Below are positions 49,261-55,843 of a DNA stretch of 64,000 nt, one piece after another; the first letter of the stretch is position 1, and each line of letters opens with the position of its first letter. The stretch comes from an uncultured bacterium (lineage in GTDB: Bacteria; JAGRBM01; JAHCIT01). Made by a program: the position numbers and the translations under genes. The notes beneath the pieces are model-generated. The model was not told the origin of the DNA. It did no database searches and saw only the letters and a program-made list of their open reading frames with translations. The DNA lies in contig CAZMGV010000006.1 in the NCBI GenBank assembly GCA_964565925.1, positions 16,176-80,175 of the forward strand, given 5' to 3'.

Positions 49261-50348
49261 AACTTCCCGCCCGGTACAAGGATCTCGTCCGCCCCGAAGT
49301 TGAAGAGATGAAGGGCTATCACGTCCCGCCGTCCGCCAATATCAAGGTGCGCCTGGACGCCAATGAGCTGCCGTACGACCTGCCGCTGCGCCTGCGTGCG
49401 CGGCTGGCGGCGGAACTGCAGCGCGTTCCACTCAACCGCTATCCGGAGATGAATCCGGTCGCGCTCAAGAAACTGATCGTCAAGCGCTACCGGGCGCCCC
49501 GGGACACGCAGGTGGTCCTTGGCAACGGTTCGGACGAAATCATCGGCCTGCTGCTCAACACCTTTGCCGGATCGTCACGTTCGAAGCCGCGCCTGCTGGT
49601 TCCGCAACCGACGTTCTCGATGTTCGGCATTATCGGGAAAAGCCACGGCTACGAAGTCACCGGCGTGGAAACGGGCGACGATTTCGACCTCGATCTGAAA
49701 GACGTGGGCCGGGCCATCGTGCGCCAGCCGGTGAATCTCGTTTTCCTGGCGATGCCCAACAATCCGACCGGCAACTGTTTCGATCCCGACGTGGTCAAAT
49801 GGCTGCTCGAGGATTCCGGAGCGATCGTCGTCGTGGACGAGGCCTACGGCGATTTTGCCGATTCGAGCTGGACCGACCGGCTGGCGAAATATCCGAATCT
49901 GGTGGTGATGAAGACACTTTCGAAGGTCGGTTTCGCCACCGCCCGTTTCGGCATGGCCCTCTGCAACCCGGAGATCGCCGACCGTCTGGAGCGGGTCCGC
50001 CTGCCCTACAATATCGGCGGGATGAATCTGAAGATTGCCCAGATCGCCTATGAAAACGGCCCCGAGATCGACAAGCTGGTCACCAAAGTGACCACCGAAC
50101 GGGACCGCCTGGCAGCGCAGCTCAGGCGGTTCAGCCGGCTGCGGGTCTATCCGAGCGAGGCGAACTTCATCCTGGTTCGCCTGCTGACCGGCGACGCGAC
50201 GTTGCTCTGGGATGCACTGCGCAGCAAGGGTATCCTTATCCGGAACCTGAGCCGCCCGGGACGTCTGGATGGTTGCCTGAGAATTACGATCGGGACCCCC
50301 GCCGAGAACCGCGCCCTTATGAAGGCGCTGGAAGGACTTCTGAAATAA
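49257..50348 (+). CDS. hisC: Histidinol-phosphate aminotransferase
   Basis: LDANE, NRYP, GNGSDE, PNNPTG, DEAY, TLSK, ANFIL, RITIG. Confidence 0.97.
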   Translation: MKLPARYKDLVRPEVEEMKGYHVPPSANIKVRLDANELPYDLPLRLRARLAAELQRVPLNRYPEMNPVALKKLIVKRYRAPRDTQVVLGNGSDEIIGLLLNTFAGSSRSKPRLLVPQPTFSMFGIIGKSHGYEVTGVETGDDFDLDLKDVGRAIVRQPVNLVFLAMPNNPTGNCFDPDVVKWLLEDSGAIVVVDEAYGDFADSSWTDRLAKYPNLVVMKTLSKVGFATARFGMALCNPEIADRLERVRLPYNIGGMNLKIAQIAYENGPEIDKLVTKVTTERDRLAAQLRRFSRLRVYPSEANFILVRLLTGDATLLWDALRSKGILIRNLSRPGRLDGCLRITIGTPAENRALMKALEGLLK

Positions 50349-50349
50349 C

Positions 50350-50994
50350 ATGCCGAAAAAACCGACCAGAAAGCCGTCCCCGAAATCCGGTACCAGAAAA
50401 TCTGCGGCCCGGAAAGGCCGTACCGGTTCCGTCACCCGCAAGACCAAGGAGACGGAGATTGAGCTGAAAATCAATCTGGACGGCACCGGCCGTTACGAAG
50501 TGGACACGCCGGTTCCGTTTCTCTCCCACATGCTCGCGCAGCTGGCCGTCCATGGATCATTCGATCTCGAAGTGACTGCGAAAGGCGATGTGGAAGTGGA
50601 CGCTCACCACACGGTGGAAGATCTGGCGATCTGCCTCGGCATGGCCTTCCGCGACGCCGCGGGCGACAAGTCCGGCATCAACCGGTTCGGCTTCTTTGTG
50701 GCCCCGCTGGACGAGGCACTGTGCGAGACGGTGATCGATCTGTCTGGCCGGCCGCACACGGTGTTCAACGGCGAGGTGCCGTCCGGCAAGATCGGCAATT
50801 TCGACGTGGAGATGGTCCCCCATTTCTTCCAGTCGTTCGCCAACCACTCGCTCTCGACTCTGCACCTCACTGTGCGCTACGGCGAGAACCGCCATCACAT
50901 TGTGGAGGCGCTGTTCAAGTCTTTTGCGCGTGCGCTGAAAACCGCGGTGGCCCCCTCGAATTTGGGACTAGCCTCGACCAAGGGAGTGCTCTGA
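50350..50994 (+). CDS. hisB: Imidazoleglycerol-phosphate dehydratase
   Basis: RKTKET, DAHHTVED, PLDEAL, HHIVEA.FK, STKGVL. Confidence 0.98.
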   Translation: MPKKPTRKPSPKSGTRKSAARKGRTGSVTRKTKETEIELKINLDGTGRYEVDTPVPFLSHMLAQLAVHGSFDLEVTAKGDVEVDAHHTVEDLAICLGMAFRDAAGDKSGINRFGFFVAPLDEALCETVIDLSGRPHTVFNGEVPSGKIGNFDVEMVPHFFQSFANHSLSTLHLTVRYGENRHHIVEALFKSFARALKTAVAPSNLGLASTKGVL

Positions 50995-51000
50995 CCCGTC

Positions 51001-51627
51001 ATGCCGAAGAATGTCGCCGTCATCGATTACGGACGCGGAAACCTGGGCAGCGTGGCCAAGGCGCTGGAATATGTCGGCGCCTCGGTGAAGATCGTCAGCG
51101 ACGCCGCCCAGGTGGCGGCGGCCGACCGGGTGGTGCTGCCCGGACAGGGCGCTTTTGCCGACTGCATGACGACGCTGGCCGAACGGGGTCTCACCGAGGC
51201 TGTCCAGAAGACGATCGAGAGCGGCAAACCGTACCTGGGCCTGTGCCTGGGCCTCCAGATCCTGTTCGAATACAGTGAAGAGCACGGCGGCAAGGAAGGG
51301 CTGGGAATTATTCCCGGCCGCGTGGTCCGGTTTCCGGATCCCCGCTGGACTCAGCTCAAGGTGCCCCATATGGGCTGGAATTCGATCCGCAAGACCGGTG
51401 ACTTTCCGCTGTTCGCCAGGATCGCGCAGGAGGAGTATTTTTATTTCGTACACTCCTACTACGCACAGGTGACGACCGATAACGAACCCTGGATAGCGAC
51501 GACCTCCGACTACGGGACAAACTTCATTTCTTCGGTATCGAAGGACAACGTTCATGCGACCCAGTTTCACCCGGAAAAAAGCCAGTCCGCCGGTCTCCGG
51601 TTTCTCGAGAATTTTCTCAGCGTCTGA
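51001..51627 (+). CDS. hisH: Imidazole glycerol phosphate synthase glutaminase subunit
   Basis: DYG.GNL.SV, LPGQGAF, GLCLGLQ, PHMGWN, YFVHSY, QFHPEKS. Confidence 0.98.
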   Translation: MPKNVAVIDYGRGNLGSVAKALEYVGASVKIVSDAAQVAAADRVVLPGQGAFADCMTTLAERGLTEAVQKTIESGKPYLGLCLGLQILFEYSEEHGGKEGLGIIPGRVVRFPDPRWTQLKVPHMGWNSIRKTGDFPLFARIAQEEYFYFVHSYYAQVTTDNEPWIATTSDYGTNFISSVSKDNVHATQFHPEKSQSAGLRFLENFLSV

Positions 51628-51651
51628 GCACGGGAGCGCTTTCACCTCAAG

Positions 51652-52365
51652 ATGATCGTCTATCCAGCCATTGACATCCGGGGCGGGCAATGCGTCCGCC
51701 TGAGCCAGGGCGATTACGCCCGCGAGAAGGTCTACAACCCCGATCCGGTGGATCAGGCCCGTGAATGGGTCCGCCGGGGTGCCGAATGGATTCACGTCGT
51801 CGACCTGGACGGCGCCAAGGACGGAACGCCGGCAAACCGTGACCTGATTTCACGGATCGTGCGGGACTGCCATGTACCGGTGCAGCTGGGCGGCGGAATC
51901 CGGACACTGGCGCTGGCCGAACAGTATCTCGCTCTGGGTGTGAGCCGGCTGGTACTGGGCTCGCTGCTCGTTCGTGACCGTGATACAGCTTTCGCCATTA
52001 TCCGGAAATTTTCCGGCAAGGTGGCGGCCGGCATCGACGCCCGCGACGGAAAGGTCGCCGTGCAGGGCTGGACGGAAACCACCGATACGACAGCCGCCGA
52101 TCTGGCGCAGCGAGTGCTCGACACAGGCGCCTCGCACGTGATCTATACAGATATTGCGCGGGACGGTATGCTTCAGGGGCCCAATCTTGAACAGACCGGA
52201 TCGCTCGCTGCCCGGACCGGACGGATCATCGCTTCCGGCGGTGTGGCCCGGGTTCAGGACATCACCGATCTTTCGGTACTGGACGGTGTCGAAGGCGTTA
52301 TCGTGGGACGGGCGTTGTACGAAGGAAAATTCACGCTTGAAGAAGCGATTGAGGCCGCTGGCTGA
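51652..52365 (+). CDS. hisA: ProFAR isomerase
   Basis: YPAIDI..G.CVRL.QG, HVVDLDGA, QLGGGIR, YTDI.RDGML.G, IASGGV. Confidence 0.98.
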   Translation: MIVYPAIDIRGGQCVRLSQGDYAREKVYNPDPVDQAREWVRRGAEWIHVVDLDGAKDGTPANRDLISRIVRDCHVPVQLGGGIRTLALAEQYLALGVSRLVLGSLLVRDRDTAFAIIRKFSGKVAAGIDARDGKVAVQGWTETTDTTAADLAQRVLDTGASHVIYTDIARDGMLQGPNLEQTGSLAARTGRIIASGGVARVQDITDLSVLDGVEGVIVGRALYEGKFTLEEAIEAAG

Positions 52366-52390
52366 CCGCCGCGCCCCTCCGGAGACTGAC

Positions 52391-52858
52391 ATGATGAAGA
52401 CCAAAACCGTTATTCTGGCCGCCGCCGCGGTGTTCGCGCTGACCGGGTGTCACTCCCGCCGCAAAAACGCCGAGCCGGTCAAAGCAGAACAGCCCGCCGG
52501 TGAAGCGGCGGCGCCCCGGGCGGAGTTCGTCGGGCGGCTCGACTGCAAGGCTTACGATCCTTATAAATCGTACGAGGCATCGGGTCGGGCCAAGCCGCCG
52601 GAAAAACTGCCGGAAGGGCTGAACGGCCGCCTGCTCGCTCAGAAGAACGCCGAATACGACGCGGCCTCGAAACTGCTCAAGGAAGCGGCCGTCAAATGCA
52701 ATGTGCCCGCCGAGATCGCTTCCAAAGCGCAGCCGTATGACCTGCTGCTGCGCAATTCCAGGGTTCTGAGTGAGGCCCCCGACGGAACCGTCAACGTGAC
52801 TGTCGAAGTGCTCGGCAAGGACATTCTCGACCTGCTCGGGGCGGTTTCCCGGAACTGA
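52391..52858 (+). CDS. Hypothetical lipoprotein
   Basis: MMKTK + hydrophobic + LTGC lipobox; GGAG RBS. Confidence 0.75.
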   Translation: MMKTKTVILAAAAVFALTGCHSRRKNAEPVKAEQPAGEAAAPRAEFVGRLDCKAYDPYKSYEASGRAKPPEKLPEGLNGRLLAQKNAEYDAASKLLKEAAVKCNVPAEIASKAQPYDLLLRNSRVLSEAPDGTVNVTVEVLGKDILDLLGAVSRN

Positions 52859-52983
52859 CAGAAAAGCACACCTGCTCGTTTGACCGGGTGCCGCCGTGTT
52901 TATCGCACTGCGGCACCAGTTTCTTTCGGGAACAATTGCCCCCGCCGCTTTTCGCGTTATACGATGTTTCTATATAGGACAGA

Positions 52984-53003
52984 TATCGATTTCATAATCG
53001 ATA
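52984..53003. promoter_or_regulatory. Perfect 8-4-8 palindrome upstream of the response regulator
   Basis: TATCGATT-TCAT-AATCGATA. Confidence 0.5.
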
Positions 53004-53025
53004 CTCCTCAAGGTGGTACGGCCCC

Positions 53026-53388
53026 ATGGGAAAAAGGGTTCTGCTTGTGGATGACTCGGTCACCACGGCAAAACAGCTGGAAAGCATCATCGTCGGACTG
53101 AACGGGTTCGAGATCGTCGGTCATGCCAAAAATGGCGCCGAGGCTGTGAAAATGTATAAGTCGCTCAGTCCGGACATCGTCTGCATGGATATCGTCATGC
53201 CGCTGATGGACGGTCTTCAGGCAACCCGTGCCATTCTTCAGCTCGACCAGAACGCCAAGGTTGTCATGATTTCCTCGCTGGGCGGCGTGGGCGACAAGGT
53301 CGTCGAGGCGCTGAAAGTGGGCGCCAAGGACGTGATCGCCAAGCCCTTCGAGCCCGAGAAGATCAAGCAGACGCTGACCTCTCTCTGA
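53026..53388 (+). CDS. Single-domain response regulator (CheY-like)
   Basis: VLLVDDS, PDIVCMDIVMP.MDG, MISS, IAKPF. Confidence 0.95.
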   Translation: MGKRVLLVDDSVTTAKQLESIIVGLNGFEIVGHAKNGAEAVKMYKSLSPDIVCMDIVMPLMDGLQATRAILQLDQNAKVVMISSLGGVGDKVVEALKVGAKDVIAKPFEPEKIKQTLTSL

Positions 53389-53440
53389 GGTCCTTGGATC
53401 CGGCAGAAACCAACCGGCAGGTATAAGGGGAGAGTCGCGC

Positions 53441-54292
53441 GTGGGTGTCAAATTTTTCGGCCAGTTCCTGCTCGAGAGGCAACTTGTCACGGCCCAGCAG
53501 CTTGTAGCTGCGGTCGAATATCAGCAGTCCCAGAACCTGAAGCTCGGCGACTACGCTGTGAAAAAGGGTTACCTTACCAAGGACCAGTCAGCCCAGATCA
53601 ACCGCCTTCAGCAGCAGAAGGATCTCAAGTTCGGCCAGGCGGCCGTGGAACTCAACCTGCTCACGGCCAAGCAGGTGGACGAGCTGCTCCTCATGCAGCA
53701 GAACGACCATATCTATCTGGGCGATGCCGTGGTCCTGAAGAACTACGCCACCCGCGCGAAGGTCGACGAAGCCCTCAAGGCGTTCAAGGAAGACCAGAAG
53801 ATCTACGAACTGCAGGGCGGTATTCCGGTACCGAGCGAACTTCAGCTCACCGACACGGTCCGCGTGTTCGTGGACATGACCCAGAAGATGCTGCTCCGCA
53901 TGGGTTCGATCGAAACGAAGGTGACCGGTAACGAATGGATTACCGGTTCGGTGATGCCCCCGGGTTTCGCGGCGCTGATCCGCTTCGAGGGCGGCATCAA
54001 GGTGTCCTATATTATCGGTATCAGCGAGACGCTCGTGAACACGCTCGGCCAGCAGCTGCTGGGCAAATTCTACGATGCCAAGGACCCCGCCGTACGCCAG
54101 GACGCCGTCCAGGAGTTCTGCAACATCGTTACCGGTAACGTCGTGGCGCGGCTCGCCCAGATGGGTATCCGTTGCGAGATCCTGCCGCCTGAACTGATCG
54201 GCGGGGCGGTATCACTGGGTACCGGACGGGCGCTGAAATACGACATTCATACGCCTGACGGACAGCAGGTGTTCTTGGCGCTCGTCCTGTAA
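53441..54292 (+). CDS. CheX-like phosphatase with four N-terminal MshEN-like repeats
   Basis: C-terminal DAVQEFCNIVTGN (CheC/CheX E-x2-N motif); N-terminal repeats with Gly at 7, 36, 65, 94. Confidence 0.8.
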   Translation: MGVKFFGQFLLERQLVTAQQLVAAVEYQQSQNLKLGDYAVKKGYLTKDQSAQINRLQQQKDLKFGQAAVELNLLTAKQVDELLLMQQNDHIYLGDAVVLKNYATRAKVDEALKAFKEDQKIYELQGGIPVPSELQLTDTVRVFVDMTQKMLLRMGSIETKVTGNEWITGSVMPPGFAALIRFEGGIKVSYIIGISETLVNTLGQQLLGKFYDAKDPAVRQDAVQEFCNIVTGNVVARLAQMGIRCEILPPELIGGAVSLGTGRALKYDIHTPDGQQVFLALVL

Positions 54293-54403
54293 CAACCGTT
54301 CCCTTTACAGCGCAGTCCGTGCAATTTGTCGAACCCGTCCACGGGTGGCAGGTGACCTTTTACGGTCAAGCGGGACCTGTCATTGCCCGCCGCCTGTACG
54401 CCT

Positions 54404-54430
54404 AAACAGAAAGCCCTTTCGGGCTTTTTC
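54404..54430. terminator. Bidirectional intrinsic terminator
   Basis: AAAGCCC-TTTC-GGGCTTT; T-rich tails on both strands; GAAA tetraloop on the minus strand. Confidence 0.8.
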
Positions 54431-54586
54431 GTTCATTTCCGGGATTTTCCGGGTTCTTTGGCGAGAGGGGGGGGATGTGGGAGGGGGAGCGTTGCAGCGA
54501 AGCTGATGCTTCTAGGCAGGATTCTTTTGCTCAGTGGGGAGTTTTGAAGTTTCTAACACTCCCCCTCCACGTGAGGGTATAACTGT
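54404..54586 (-). ncRNA. Candidate sigma54-dependent small RNA (about 180 nt)
   Basis: Bounded by a sigma54 promoter and a terminator; long stem GTGGAGGGGGAGTGTT / AACGCTCCCCCTCCCAC; C-rich tail; only a 15-codon GTG ORF inside. Confidence 0.55.
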
Positions 54587-54596
54587 GTTCATTTGT

Positions 54597-54612
54597 AGCA
54601 GGAACCGTACCA
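54597..54612 (-). promoter_or_regulatory. Sigma54 (-24/-12) promoter
   Basis: TGGTACG-GTTC-CTGCT versus consensus TGGCACG-N4-TTGCW, with invariant GG/GC and correct spacing. Confidence 0.7.
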
Positions 54613-54629
54613 TGCACGCGTTTGAGTCA

Positions 54630-54642
54630 TTTCAGTCACTTA
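54630..54642. promoter_or_regulatory. IHF-like site
   Basis: TTTCAGTCACTTA versus WATCARNNNNTTR (one mismatch), at about -44 to -56 of the sigma54 promoter. Confidence 0.55.
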
Positions 54643-54665
54643 GCTGCAGTGCGTCTTAAACTTCG

Positions 54666-54724
54666 TGCGCCAAAATAGCGCACCGCTCCACGGTCGAGCA
54701 TTTTACAAACTCCATTTTGGAGCA
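54666..54724. promoter_or_regulatory. Two NtrC-like enhancer boxes
   Basis: TGCGCCAAAATAGCGCA (54666-54682) and AACTCCATTTTGGAGCA (54708-54724) versus TGCACCA-N3-TGGTGCA; centres 42 bp apart. Confidence 0.55.
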
Positions 54725-54928
54725 CTGCGGCACTTATCCCCAGGATTTATCTCACAGCAGGTTCAAAAGAGAGATTGCAGTTGTTGACGATCAGCGATAA
54801 CCTGTGCTGTGCAATCCTGATTTATTCAAAGATTACAATTGGTTATGACAGGTCAAATGCAGGTAGACATCCACGTTTTTATAAGCTTCAAAAATGTTTA
54901 ACTCCCTGAAAATACAGGATTTCAAAAT

Positions 54929-55255
54929 ATGGGCGAGTCAGATTCCAATTCGACGCAAAGCGCCAAAAATCCGTCGAGTGTCAATAATTCGACATCTCCG
55001 ACAGATCTTTTGAAGAAAGCTGAGTCGCTTTACAACAGATTCGTAAACAACCAGATCGAGCACGTCATGGCTCCCGGAGAGAGCAATCTTTCTGCCGCCA
55101 TCGAATTTTTCCGCAATCCGGTCAATCAGCTGGAGACCGTCGTCCTGCTACAGGAAAGCGCCAGGCTGGGCGCGCCCCTGCTGAAAGCTCTGTTAGACCC
55201 CTTTAATGTACCTGCTGCGCGTCAAAATGTTGATAAGGATGAAAACGGAAAGTAA
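54929..55255 (+). CDS. Hypothetical protein (108 aa)
   Basis: Open frame with AGGA RBS, lower GC than the core genes, no recognised motif. Confidence 0.45.
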   Translation: MGESDSNSTQSAKNPSSVNNSTSPTDLLKKAESLYNRFVNNQIEHVMAPGESNLSAAIEFFRNPVNQLETVVLLQESARLGAPLLKALLDPFNVPAARQNVDKDENGK

Positions 55256-55339
55256 CCATAGCGCCGTTCTTGGGACATTTTGGATTGGGAAATTCTCGGG
55301 CGTTTTTCCCACTGACGTTCGCAATGCGGGTGCGCATTC

Positions 55340-55816
55340 ATGTCTAACTATGTCGATACGGCGCTGGATGCCCTCAAACATGCGGGGCATCGGCTCACGG
55401 AGCAGCGACGCGTAGTTCTCGAAGTTCTCTCCACGGCACGGGTGCCGCTGACACCGGCCGAGCTTCACGAACGGGTCAAGGCCCGCGGCAGGTCGATGGA
55501 TCTGGTCAGCGTTTACCGGATCCTCGAGACGCTCCAGGATAACGGCCTTGTCCACCATGTGATCGCCAACAACAGCTTCAAGGCCTGCTCCCACTATTTC
55601 GAGAGCTCGGAAGGCCGCAAGCCCCACGGGCATGAGCACAGCCACGACGAACAGTGTCATCATCTGGCGATCTGCACCGAGTGCGGAAAATCGTACGAGT
55701 TCGACTGCCCCCAGCTCGAAGAGATCGCCGAAGCCGTTACCAGGGACAGCGGGATCAAGATCAGCCGCCATCTGCTCGAATTCCAGGGCGTCTGCAAAAA
55801 CTGCAAGGCGGCCTGA
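55340..55816 (+). CDS. Fur-family transcriptional regulator
   Basis: G.RLT.QR..VL..L, SVYR.LE.L...GLV, His-rich HGHEHSH, HHLAIC..CG, GVC..C. Confidence 0.93.
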   Translation: MSNYVDTALDALKHAGHRLTEQRRVVLEVLSTARVPLTPAELHERVKARGRSMDLVSVYRILETLQDNGLVHHVIANNSFKACSHYFESSEGRKPHGHEHSHDEQCHHLAICTECGKSYEFDCPQLEEIAEAVTRDSGIKISRHLLEFQGVCKNCKAA

Positions 55817-55843
55817 CGGTCCGGGTGATACACTCCCCGGTCC

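Noticed and set aside
54725-54928. oriC
   Set aside because: AT-rich, but only degenerate DnaA-box-like 9-mers (TTATCCCCA, TTATTCAAA), no perfect box cluster and no dnaA/dnaN/gidA neighbours; better explained as promoter DNA.
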